Assembly: GCA_024704765.1 (NCBI GenBank)
Contig: JAKMXF010000354.1
Span: 357,690-421,689 of the forward strand
Direction of reading: 5' to 3'
DNA from: Oopsacas minuta
Taxonomy: Eukaryota > Animalia > Porifera
DNA length: 64,000 nt
Below the pieces are notes generated by a model, which ran no database searches, was not told where the DNA came from, and saw only the letters and a list, made by a program, of their open reading frames with translations. Below are positions 1 to 12,161 of the stretch, one piece after another. Within the stretch, counting starts at the first letter, position 1. Every line of letters starts with the position of its first letter. The position numbers were made by a program, and so were the translations under genes.

Positions 1-335
1 GAAAGTGATTTACGAAATTTTATTCTTTAAAGTTTTAGTTATTCCCCACAACTTCTACGATAATATCTGAATTCTTTTTGCTTTCCTCGAATTGTAAACA
101 AATTACACTTATTCCACTTCCCAGAATGCTATTTAGAATTACGTCACCCTGCAATCATATAACATAGAGCGTTAAATACAAACAATCGTCCTGTTTTAAG
201 AATAGGTAGAGCTTCCATTGATATTGTTTAAATAGATCGTACCTTTGCTAATATCTATTAATATTTTAGTTATTAATTTGCTATCGTTGAAAAAGAAATT
301 TATGGCCAAACGAAAGCGAGGACAATTGGATACTT

Positions 336-663
336 ACTTACCTTTGTGAGATGGGGTTTTTCAACAATGAGCATTATCAAAACAAAGTATAGGAATTCTC
401 TGGATGTCAGATCTCCACTACGTGTGGCACTTCAATCGAACCGAGGCTAGATAAGCTCGTCAAATCGAAGCAAGCACACAGTTCTCATTAGTATAATTAA
501 TCTTATAATTATATCACAATATACCTCTTACTACTTAACACTGATATAATACAATAATAAAAACAAATTTTATTTACTAAAAATGAGACCAACAAGCAGG
601 GGTCCGTGGAATTGTAATGGAGAAACTTTGGGGCCGCGACATAAAAAAGTTTGAGAAGCACTG
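336..663 (+). mobile_element. Decayed 3' end of a hAT (Buster/Charlie-type) DNA transposon
   Basis: 336-491 reads, across two frameshifts, TYLCEMGFSTMSIIKTKYRNSLDVRSPLRVAL-SIEPRLDKLVKSKQAHSSH*, the typical Buster-type transposase C-terminus. The right TIR gtttgagaagcactg ends at 663 and is followed by atcTAgtg (central TA, as in Buster target sites). Left end not found. Confidence 0.8.
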
Positions 664-1289
664 ATCTAGTGGACATTACAGACTTCTCCCAAAACTGAAG
701 ATCTGGAAGATATCAGGAGAGATATCTAATTAAAGGAATAACCATCGCATCCTCCCTCATAAATCAGCTTAAGATACTCGTACAAGCACGTAAAAATAGA
801 ATGTAGTTTTCGACGTATGACTTATAAAACTGAATGAATGATCTTTAACCAAATATAGTAGCCTTGATCCAAAATGGCGTTGTTAGAATAAATTACTAAT
901 TTTCAGAAAATCAACTAAAATCCTCTAAAATTGAATTTGAAACAAGATTTGCTATATGTATTGCAATTCAGAGCACCCAGAAAATATTAATAAATAACCA
1001 GCCAACAAGTGTCATAAATATATTAGCATAGATAAACACACGCTGTAGCATAACAAACCACGAATTGGACTAGGTCCAAACAACAAAGACAAGAACAAGT
1101 GAGACTTATTATACTTAGAATGAATTAACAAAATATACGAAATGTATGCTAGAATTGTAAATAATTGTCTTTAGTAAAACATATAGTATTGACCAGCTGA
1201 AAGTGCTATTCTTTAATACAAACAATTTTAACAAAGTGTGTCAGCAGAAGCCCAACTAATTATTCTAAAGGATTAAATCATGAAGAGAA

Positions 1290-4200
1290 TCATTTGCTCA
1301 TCGACTGTGACTCTAAGAATTGTTTGTACCTCTTAGCCAGTTCAGCATGTATTTCATAACCGTCAATGTGTCCTACTTGGCCCTTTAGGTAGTATATAAC
1401 TTCCATAGCATTTTCATGTGTATCCACATCTATAAACACTATAGGACTTCCTGACCTAGTGTCTGGTACAATATTTGTGACATTGTCGTGGAAATCTTTG
1501 AGGATATCAACCATTGTTTTGTTGACAACAGAAGGAGGATGGTTCGAGAAATATTCACACTTGAGATAGAGACTAGGGAGACATGTGTATTGTCCAGCTG
1601 GACCTCTAGAACGGGGATAGTCACCCTTCCAGGAATCGTTTGTTCTCCAGCTTTGCCCTCCCTGACCTCTATTGTACCTATCCTGATAAGATTGATATCG
1701 GTTTTGCTGTTGATGCTGGTATCTACCTTCCCTCTGGAAATCGTTATCCTGGTCACGAGATTGGATTCTGTTCGGATAAGCGTGCCTAGTAGGAGCACCG
1801 CTGTAATCAGAGGGGCGGCCTGATTGCTCGTGTCGTTTCTCGTTGAATTCTTCTGAATGTTCCGGTTGTTGTTTGAACACGGGATGTGTCCGCTCAGCCC
1901 CTGCAGAAGAGGAAGGGAACGGATGTGTGTTTTCTGGAGAACTTGGACTCTTCATAGCGTCTGCCCATGACTTGTTAGTCAGCTCCATATCAGGGACATG
2001 TAAATCTGATAGAAAAACCTCTTCATTCACATCCAACTTAGTATCAGAATTATTAGGGGTAGTTTTTGAGATATTAACAAAGTGTATAGGTCCCTCAATG
2101 CGTTTTACAAGACAAGAGAAATGCTTCGCTCCCTCCTCTTCAAGCAACTCAGAGAATTTCTCTCTCCGCGGCTTTGTCAAGGTTACGTCAGCTGTAAAAT
2201 TCATGGAGCAGAGGATAGCCTGGAATGGTAGCTGACAGAACTGAGGAGGCAGATGTAGCAAGTGTCCAAGTTGCGTTAGTTGAGAATTACCGTAGTCTAG
2301 GAATCGTACTCGTGCTCCCTTTTCTTCCTCCAAGCACTCCACCAGAGCTCTGTACCATTTCTTGTCCAGGTAGAACTGAGCAGCGCACAGTGATCCCACT
2401 TTGAAGCTTTGCTTTGTCTGTGAGTTGGGTGTCTCAGCATATATTTGTAGTTGTTCAAAGAGATGGTCAAATATTTCCATACGAAATTCCTAAGATACAA
2501 ACTTGTTGCTAAGAAGTCTCAAAAGAAAATGATTAAGTATGTATACTAACCTGTGTGTGCTGTTGTAGACCCCAAAAAGTTCCATTCTGATTGAGAAAAG
2601 TAGCTAACTTCATGAATATTGTAGAATCCAATTCTATCTTCCAGTAGGAGCTGTCCATATTTTTGAGTTCGCGCCACGCCTTCTCATCCCACTTCAGTTG
2701 TTCAACTACCAGCTCCAAGTCTCCGTAATTTATGTCATCAGTACTAGAATCCTAGATTAATTATTGAAATAAACAACTCTATACGTTATTAAGCTAACTT
2801 TTTGGAATCTATAAAACCACTGGAGCTGCTAGCTGGACTTATTTTGAAAGTAGGTCTAAGTTCCAAACCTTCTCATATAATTACAATACGTATATCATAT
2901 ATTGATGCTGTGTATGGGTAGATGACTAGACACATTCCAATACTTCATCTACTAGAAGTTTTATTATAACAACAAATAGTAGATTCTACTAGAACCACTA
3001 CTGGATAACTAAATACAGAGAAAGATCTCTGTATAAGAAAGGATTATGAGAAATGATTGCACAATCCTCTCTAACAAAAACTTACCAGAAACTTGTACAG
3101 TCAAATAAGTTACTACATGATCCCATACAGTTACATGCAATCACAAGATTGCAAGCATTAGCTAATACAATAATACAGCAAAACTCTACTTCTAAGAATT
3201 GGATACAGAGAGCATTATCAGCTGTAATCAGATCCAATACTTCTAAGGGATTGTATTTGTATGGTGATGTGGGTGTGGGTAAGACAATGATAATGGACCT
3301 GTTCTATGAGAGTATTCCTCTCGAGAAGAAGAAGAGGACACATTTTAGTAAGTTTATGCTAGAAGTACACAGTAGAATTCACAGGGAGAGATTATTACAA
3401 CCTATAAATCAGTTAAGAGAACAGAACAGAACTAATATAGCATCACTGAGTACGTTCAGGCAAGATCCTGTTAATCCAGTAGCTGTTAGTTTGAGTGAAG
3501 AAACCACTCTGTTGTGTTTCGATGAGTTTCAAGTGACAGATATAGCAGATGCCATGATACTACGTAGTCTATTCACGGAACTATTCAAGAGAGGAGTTAT
3601 AGTAGTAGCTACATCTAACCGTGCTCCAGAGGATCTGTACAAACACGGGTTGCAACGATCTAGTTTCCTTCATTTTATACCTGTGCTGAGAGAGTACTGC
3701 GAGATACACAGAATGACGTCAGATACAGACTACAGACTGATAGGAACTCAAGATAATACCAGAACATACTTTAATCTAACAGAAAATAAATCTATTTCAT
3801 ACAATGACATGTTCAAGCGAGCAGTTAAGAAGGAGGGAGTAGAAGTAAGAACCTCTAAGCTAGAGTTCTTAGGGAGAGAACTACAAATACCTGAGTCATG
3901 TGGAGGTGTGGCTAGATTCAATTTCACTGAGCTGTGTGAAGGGAAGCATAGTGCAGCAGATTACCTACAGATCTGTCAGTATTACAGAACAGTATTTATA
4001 TCAGGTGTCCCTAGGATGGGAAGGAATGATAGAGATCCTGCTAGAAGGTTTATTACCCTAATCGATATGTTCTATGATAACAGAGTGTATCTGGTGATTA
4101 GTTCTGCAGTAGACATAGAGGAATTATTTGATCTGTCAGGATGGAATATTGTTAATACAAATCAAGAGTTAAATCACACGAATAGAGAATTAGAAGATGA

Positions 4201-6588
4201 GCTACAAGATAGAGGAGGAAGCGTGACAACTAAAAGTCTCTTCACAGGAGAGGAGGAGAGGTTTGCAGCTAGGAGGACTCTGTCTAGATTACGAGACATG
4301 CAGAGTAAGCAGTATAAGGAAGAGACAGGCATACAGTTTTAACCATTGAAATTGTGAATATTCCAAACCAGTAATGTAAGCAATACTAATGTTGTGCTGT
4401 AATATTTGGATGAACAGAACCTGTATTATATCTTGATCCGAATTACATACCTGTTGAGGTGGAGGTGTATCTTCGTGTGTGTCCTCTGTTACTGAGTTGG
4501 TGACAGCCTTTGCTCCTGCAGGAACACGAGGTCGATTCTCAGGAACCTCTGGAATCGGAAGGGGGCTAGGAGGATGGGGTAGAGGAGGGGATACAATTGG
4601 TTCACTTGATGAAGGGGGAGGTGTGTGATGAGATCTGACAGCTGTCACAGGTAAATATCCTGAATAGTAAATTGATGGCATTTGTTGCACAGGTTGCTGG
4701 TAACCATAACTAGGTATACTGTAAGGCATAGCAGTCCTGAATGTAGGATATTGTACTATACTAATGTCAGATGGGTAACCAAATGTAGGGTCAATTTGGT
4801 GAGGATTCTTGATGGGAGGAGTGTGAGACACACCCTCATGGGAGTTCTGTAACACTCGGATATCTTGTGACTTAAAGTTTTCAGGTTTAACGCGTCCAGC
4901 ACCTGCCTTGTCTACTCTCTCCTGGAGCTGTGTCATGAGAGGTTCAGATTCAGGTGGAGAGTCATTATCCTTCAGGTCTATGTAATGTAGTGCTATGCCA
5001 GTCTTCAAGAACTCCTTTCTTTTCAGGCAAGCTGTTAGGCCGTTATTTCTTGGAGTTAAGTCTCGTAGGAACCAACGGATCTACAAACATCAAACGATAT
5101 AGAGTTAATTGATTCTATCTCAAAATGTTAAATAAGAGAACTATTGAGTACTTTTTATCAAAACGATTAGGATCCAAAAATAATTAAAGGAAACTCTCGT
5201 TATAACCAAATGCTCGGTACGAGGTCTCATTTGCTATGAGCGTCAAAACGTTGGTCCGGTTGAATCTGACCAACTGGACTTTCTCATACCACCATAATAG
5301 ATATTGCAGTATGGACAGCGTAGAGCTCCTGACTATAAATAGTTAATCCATTCACCTGTCTCTCTATAGTTTTGTTATGTTCATCATAATCCAAATCAAT
5401 CTGACAGTAGTAACAAGCAAAAGGGTAGAATAGCAATTTGTTATCAAGAGGGAATACACAAGACTTCTGTGAGTTATCAACAATCCCACTATCTCCAATA
5501 TCCAGATAGAATACCTTCACTTTATTCTTATCATCTGTCACTCCTTCAATTATTGCTCTCATCAGACAGTTATTTTTTGTTACAGCAATACACAACTGCC
5601 CTACGTCAGGAGAAGTAATAGGAGACAAGTTGTGACGGAAACTCTCATGTATCCTATAGCTGTGATATAGTACATTTTGTCCTATTTGTTCAGCAGATTG
5701 TTGTCTATCCATTAGAAAGAATCGACAGCTGTTCTCTTGAATATAAACTACCTATTAGCGTAAAATGGTTAATACTATAACCAGTGAATACATATAAATC
5801 TGATTTATCCTATCTTACCTTAACATCTCTGGATACATTAATCTTCCATAAATTTATTATTGGCATAGTGTTGAGTTGAGTTGTCAGTGTATTTTCGAGT
5901 CTTTTAGTGTCTGGGAGGGTTACACATGAAATACAAGGTAATATAGGAGCCTGTATATATCCATTCCGTTCTATCACCTCCAGTTGATGCTTTAACATCA
6001 TCAAGTCTACCTTAGGTGTTTTAGGAGTAACTACTTTGAGTCTTTCTAGTGTGTCTCTCATTTGTCGTTCTGTAACTTCAAGAGATTGTATAGAATGAGA
6101 GCGTAGATCTTCTAGTTCAGTCTGACGAACATTACGTATCTACACAAGTATGATAATAATATCATTGGTTGGATATTTATAGTAGCTCAACTAACTTGAC
6201 TGATATTTAGCATAAGTGTAGTCTCCTGCGTGTCAATAGAATTCCTTAGCACATTACACAGTGTCTTGACTTCATTCTGTGCCTGAGACAGATGTAAGTC
6301 AATTTCAGACTTTTGTCTCTCGCACTCAGCTTCTATCCTTAGTCTTAATCTCTCTATATTGAGCGAGGTATCTAAACTGTGTGCTTTGCTCTCTAACTCA
6401 CTGAGAAGCTTAGCAGTGAGTCTAACACAAGTGTGTTTGCTAAGACCCCCCTTATGCACAATCGTATAACAGTCATCACAATACAGACTGCATTTATTCT
6501 CAACTATACACTCACTACACTGAATAGATGCTTCATTCTTCTGACATCTACAGCAACCTTCTGTTTCCAGACCGTTACTAGTAGCCAT
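1290..6588 (-). CDS. B-box + coiled-coil + two Tudor domains + Pro-rich and RG/Q-rich regions + C-terminal RRM-like domain (RNF17/TDRD-like), about 1046 aa, 6 exons
   Basis: Manual exons 6588-6196, 6139-5819, 5751-5356, 5080-4451, 2751-2551, 2489-1290; all junctions phase 0, GT..AG, frame preserved. B-box CSEC..YCDDCYTIVHKGGLSKHTC; Tudor motifs LMRAIIEGV..KVFYLDIGDS and CAAQFYLDKKWYRALV..RFLDYGN. Confidence 0.8.
3053..4342 (+). CDS. AFG1L: AFG1-like ATPase (AFG1L/LACE1, ZapE family), intronless, nested in an intron of the Tudor gene
   Basis: Walker A GLYLYGDVGVGKTMIMDLFY, Walker B LLCFDEFQVTDIADAMIL, TSNRAPEDLYKHGLQR, ARRFITLIDMFY. Confidence 0.93.
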   Translation: MIAQSSLTKTYQKLVQSNKLLHDPIQLHAITRLQALANTIIQQNSTSKNWIQRALSAVIRSNTSKGLYLYGDVGVGKTMIMDLFYESIPLEKKKRTHFSKFMLEVHSRIHRERLLQPINQLREQNRTNIASLSTFRQDPVNPVAVSLSEETTLLCFDEFQVTDIADAMILRSLFTELFKRGVIVVATSNRAPEDLYKHGLQRSSFLHFIPVLREYCEIHRMTSDTDYRLIGTQDNTRTYFNLTENKSISYNDMFKRAVKKEGVEVRTSKLEFLGRELQIPESCGGVARFNFTELCEGKHSAADYLQICQYYRTVFISGVPRMGRNDRDPARRFITLIDMFYDNRVYLVISSAVDIEELFDLSGWNIVNTNQELNHTNRELEDELQDRGGSVTTKSLFTGEEERFAARRTLSRLRDMQSKQYKEETGIQF

Positions 6589-7286
6589 TAGATATTGTTG
6601 TAGGTAGAAATGTAAGTATGTCTGAAATAAATATCCTAACTATTTTAGATAAATACAAATAATTACATATACGTACAGTAAGACCGCCATTAGGGAGCAC
6701 CTCCGATAAACGAACCTGAGCTTAGGGATAACAGTCACTCAATCATGATTCACTTTTTAGTCAAATGGAAACTTTGTCGAAGTATCCCACCGTAGAAGAA
6801 TATTCCTATCGACCAAAATTTTCGACGGAAATTCAGTCGACGAATTTTCCTTTGACAAAACTTTCGGCACCCCTCAAATCATTTTACAGTTTGTTTCGGG
6901 CCACAGTAGGTACAATACCAAGAATATTTATGTAAGATGGAACTATTCACGTTCACGATAGCATGAAAATGGTCTTCCAATTCTCAGTGAATACTTAGAC
7001 ATAACTGAGATACCTAGGAGATGTAATTGAATATCTATGCTATGTTTAGAGATTGATCATGTTGGCAGTTCGATTATGTCCTGTCTTTTAATAACAATGT
7101 GAAACCATTCAACACAAAAGATACACAAATACAATCGAATAAATAATAACTATACTAGCAAAGCAAAGATTGTTATAAATTCACATAGTATGTATTCATC
7201 ACATTCATTGTATACACGAGAGAACCAACAATGTAATCAACCACATAATAGCTTTATAAGAAGTTAATCCTCAATGCGTAATAGAA

Positions 7287-8529
7287 ATGAGAGACCTTCC
7301 AACTTTCCTCGCAGCAACTTCATGCTACATAGGAATAATCATAGTATCCTGGGGATTTTCTCGCTACCATGATTCAAATAGGAGGTGCAGCAGCAGTCTT
7401 CCTAACAGTATTCCTTGTTAAAAAACCTGAGATTAACATTATAGTGATAGCAGGCACTGTTATAGGTGGTATTGGTTGGTATTCGATAATATCAGCTGAT
7501 TTGGCTGTCAGTTTAATAGCAGCTATGTTTCTACTCGGTTTTATAACAAATTATTTCTGGTCTGTTTTCCTGGCTATTTAGCAGAATTAACTTTGAATGA
7601 TAGGAAGAAGGTCTATTCCGCGAGTATTGGCTTCATGTTCCATATTGGAGTACTGCTAGCATAAATTGTAGGAATATGGTTCCCATTTCGTTGGTTAGCA
7701 ATTACTACTATGGTACTTGAACTCATCTTGGTTTGTATTGTGTTTACAAATCCATATTCTCCTGCTTGGTTAGTACAGAGGAATCTGACAGCAAGAGCAA
7801 AGACTAGCTTGCTGTATTTACATGGAAATAGATTTGATGCAGATCAAGAGATAGTGAATATCAAAGGTAGATTAATAGCAAAAGAAGGAGACTTGGTGGG
7901 GAGCTATAAAAGCGTTTCGTAACAAAAAATTCCTAAAACCTATTTTAATCGTTTCATTGCTGACATTTTTCAAAGAAGCGGGAGGGCATGATGCAATGGT
8001 AACATTCTCTTCTCATATTCTTGAAGTACAAGCAAGTTTAGAACCTAATATTGCTGCTATTTTCTACCCAATATTTCTGATTATTGGTGGGATAATATCA
8101 TTAAGTATTGTCAGTCATAGCAATTTGAGAATAATGCTGATGCTAACAACTTTACTCCAAGCTCTAGCACATCTACCAATGGTTATATATTTCCTTGTTA
8201 CAGATTATCTATTATATTGTGAAACTACAATGAGCAATAATATATGTTCTAGTCTCACTTTCTGGCCAATAGCAAGTATAGCATTTTACGCTTTATGATT
8301 TTCGCTAGGCTGGGGAACAATAATATTCCTTCTTTATGGAGTACTATTCACTTCTTATCAGGATGCATCGATGATAATTATGGGATTAGTGAAGAGCTTC
8401 AGTTCGTATAAAACTATATTTGTGTTCTATTACTTGTTTGAATTCGTTGGAGGAACATTTGCATTCTTACTTCTATTCTTTGCTCTTATCGCTGATCTAA
8501 TATTCCAATATTTCTTTATAGATTTTTGA
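7287..8529 (+). pseudogene. Degraded MFS sugar porter (GLUT6/8 or Tret1-like)
   Basis: Sugar-porter motifs persist (PYSPAWLV for PESPRWL; FSLGWG in TM10). The frame is broken by a frameshift near 7575-7580, TAA 7662-7664, TAA 7920-7922 with a frameshift near 7950, and TGA 8296-8298 inside FYAL*FSLGWG. Confidence 0.8.
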
Positions 8530-8635
8530 GTATATTCCAAATAAGCTAATATATTTACTCAATTAAATGTTAATAATAATTACAAGAATACTTTCTCTTA
8601 ATTTATAATTCAAAAGAACATAGTAAAAATTAGAG

Positions 8636-8827
8636 CAGGGTTTCTCAAAACCTCATGAGATGTGGCCATACTTTGGAGATAAGTATCATAACCACGCCAA
8701 TTCGACTTGGTTGTTTAAGTTGGTCAAGATTCGTCAAAATGGCATAACTTCACTTCAGCCAAAAATGACGAAACAATCGCCGCACTGTGACCTAGTTTGG
8801 TCATATAAACACGTGTTGAGAAACCTG
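8636..8827. mobile_element. Non-autonomous hAT MITE, about 192 bp
   Basis: TIRs CAGGGTTTCTCAAAAC ... GTGTTGAGAAACCTG; flanks aattagag / aattatat (6 of 8 match, central TA). TIR resembles the one ending at 663. Confidence 0.7.
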
Positions 8828-8915
8828 AATTATATCAATCATATCTGCTTTACTTCATAGAATCTGGAAGAATAATTTTCGAAATCTAATTGCAACAACT
8901 TTACAATAATATACA

Positions 8916-11231
8916 TCAAAATATAGGATTGGAAGGCGAGAGATAACGTTTATAAATGTTGTGGGCGGATTTATCAAGTTTCCATATCTTATGCATTCCT
9001 TTAATGGGTACAATCATTTTGAGAAAATGCGGATCTTCACAAATAAAACCATATGGAGATTCAGACTCATCACTAAATGGGAGTGACGTATAGTCCTCTC
9101 GGATGAGGCAATCTTTCAGATTTACACATCCTAGTAGAGTGCTGGTAGGATAAGAATCTGGGAATTCTATAGGCCCATATAATGTCCTATAAAAAGTTTC
9201 AACATCATTAATGTCATTCTCTATTGGTGTACGAGCAGTGGAAGCAATCCATAGTCTACCTCTGTGAGTTGTGTACCATGTTCTTCCTTCTATCCGTTTG
9301 ATACCACATACCAGGAGAGAGGCCCATGGCTGATGCATACTCAGACAAGAACCTCTATCACTAAGCTCTGCTAGATGTGAGTCCTGTATTCTGTAATTGC
9401 TAAGCTTCTCAGACGATAAATCCTGATATTGTGATCGGGATGGTTGATGACTTTTCAGCAAGAATTTTGGGGTAAATGGAATGCTAGGATGAGCTAGAGA
9501 GTTTGTGTTAAGCTGAATATCATTATGAGTATCTTCTAACTGTGTGTGTTGGTAGTCGCTCCCTCTCTCTATGAAGTCTCTTGCAGCTTGTTCAGAGAGT
9601 TGAGGTTTCTCCTCTTCAATTGCCTAACACAGTCTGTCACATGATTCGCAATATAAAGTACAGTATATTAGCCTACCTGTTTCCCAGAGATATCTAAAGT
9701 GACTGTAAAAGCTCCCCTCTTTGAAGGGTGTTTGAGTTTATGCTGAGTATCTTCTATCTCCTCAGCTCTAGCTGCTTGTTCTGGAGACATCCATTTGGTA
9801 GCTCTGTAGTAATCACTCTCATCATCGTACACCTTGGTTCTCTGCTGGCAAGTCCTATCATATTCTAACAACCTGTTCTTGTAGGCTACTGCAGTTTTGA
9901 AAGAGGAAGGAGCTAGCTCGTTTTTCTGTTGTGAGTTATCAGTAAAATAATTATTACAAATATAATTGTTAATGAATACATATCGTATTACCTCAAATAA
10001 TAGCCGGAACGATTATTCGAGGTAATACGGTATGTACTCACTTTATCGACAACAAAGTCATCAGAGTTTTGTATATCAAATTTCCTATTTATATTGTCTA
10101 GGATGTTAGACGCTTTCTTGCCACCCTTATTCAAGGTTTCCTGGTCCTGCTGAGAGACAACAAGAGCACCACAGAAGAGACAGGGGCCAGCACCCTCCTG
10201 CGAGCAGACAATCCTCCCACACTCTGTACAGTTGTTTATTAGGGCATGTTTCTGACCAATACACTGACAAGCGTGCCGACCTGGGAGTCTAGTTGATACC
10301 CGAGATCCTTCTGAGCTAGTAAATGGGACAAACTTATGAGATGATCGCTTCTTGATTAAATTTTCTTCTGTTCCATATGCACTACTATCACGATCTTCTA
10401 ACAATAACATTAGTAGTATGTAATCTATAGTGATCGGCTAAGATTTTCTGTCGGAACGGGATCGACCCAAGACTGTCGAATTTTGCAGGGATTTAAAAGT
10501 GCATAAACATACGTAATAAAGAAACGTAAACTATTGATTCAACGACTTGTGAACTATTGTTAGAGGAAATTGACCTCAAATCTAAAAGAATGGCTGGAAT
10601 TCAAACTACAAGTGCAAAGTAATTACTGAAAAGTAACGGTATCTGGTAAAATTAAAACTTCATTAAACCATAAATATGAGTTTGGATTAATTCATTCGGA
10701 TTCGCATTATATAAAGGTGTTATAAATTCCCGGCAATAACCGGAAATTAACCACGATTCCAGGTTGATCCCTAATATATTGTAGTATTAACTTACTCTGT
10801 ATATTATTAATGTGTTTCCTCTCTGGCATGTATACTAATTGGTCTTGTGAAGGCTTCATGTAAGGCTTGGGAGTATCTTGACCCTCCCTAACAACTGCAG
10901 GATTTTGCTTCTTACTCCTCTTGGGAGCGTCTGGTATTAAAGGCATTGAAAGTACAGGTTGATGTGGGTTGATTTGGATTTTACTTTTTTCTATTTTAAC
11001 AGAGGTCTCATGAGTAGGAGGGGGATGTATTTTCCTGGCTCGGAGCTGGTTAATAAACTCTGTAATATCTGTAGGTAGTGTGTTAGGAAAGAGATCTTTG
11101 AGAAATTCCTGTGTATCTTCATCAGATTCTAGAGTTAGAAAATAGTGTATGACAGCCTCGTCCACTTTAGTCCCAATAATCTTGATGAACTGTCTATTTA
11201 CCCATGCAAATAAATCTGCTTCTGTCGTCAT
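8916..11231 (-). CDS. TRIP4: Activating signal cointegrator 1 (ASC-1), 4 exons
   Basis: Exons about 11231-10796, 10398-10042, 9925-9677, 9623-8916. zf-C2HC5 CQCIGQKHALINNCTECGRIVCSQEGAGPCLFCG, RTKVYDDESDYY motif, C-terminal ASCH domain CLSMHQPWASLLVCGIKRIEGRTW. Confidence 0.93.
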
Positions 11232-12161
11232 TGTTACAATGTTAGTCTAGTCAGTGTGGTAATTAATTAATTGATGCCCACTATACTACAAGTATAATAT
11301 ACGACAGGTTATTTCTTACTAATCCAAATATTAACTACAAATAATAAACTATATAGTTATTATACAATTACGCAAAACGTGTCTCGAAATTTCTGACTCA
11401 GACAATGATACATATTAGAGCCATCAATTTTGTAAAATTTGATATAAAATTCAGTCTGGTTTAAGCCAGGTAAGCATCATATCACCAGAAACTATTCTGC
11501 TAAATAATGTTAGATCCAGACTTTAGTATGTTACGTATGTACTAGCACTTTAGATGTTATGTATTCGTATGATTATAGAATGATACTAAAGTCTCGGAAG
11601 GTAGTTCAAATTGTTTGTGTGGAGCAAATAACAGCCATTCAATATAAGAATTATATCCACGAGCATAGTAGCATAATTATGTAAGACAGGTATCTGGGGA
11701 AAAGGAGACAATGTTATAGCCATTTAAGGGTACAGTAATTACTTAATGTATATTTAGGTAATTAGGTATCATATTCGGCAACTGTATTTGTAACCCTTTC
11801 AATATCAATGTAATTACAGGTGTAGCCAACGTCAATCAAATTCTACAAGGATATCATCGGAGAATGAAACTGGACGGTTGGACATTTGAAAACGAAATAA
11901 ATCCTTATTAGAGAAAATGATTTTTCTTATGATACAATATAACACCTCAAAAAGGATATGAGCTCAAATAATGAATGGAACCATACAGGAAATAGATTGT
12001 TCATAATTAACAAAGTAGTGAGATCTATTATATATCATTATAGAATTACTACGAAGTTAAATATACACTCTAAAATAAATAATTCTGAATTCTGAATTCT
12101 AAATTATAACAAATCACTAAAATTTAAACAGATCAGCACACAAATGAAGATGAGAATATCC

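Noticed and set aside
1439-2235. Alternative-frame and antisense ORFs over real genes (for example 1439-1798, 1488-1823, 1843-2235, and similar ones throughout the track)
   Set aside because: Shadows of the coding strand with no motifs of their own.
4421-4450. 30-nt in-frame GT..AG that could continue the Pro-rich ORF to 4289
   Set aside because: Shorter than any other intron here, and the downstream reading is hydrophobic, AT-rich and overlaps the AFG1L end; the 2752 acceptor gives a coherent protein.
6670-6875. Tc1-like left end and TCGAC-rich tract upstream of the Tudor gene
   Set aside because: No matching second TIR or TSD found; too degraded to call.
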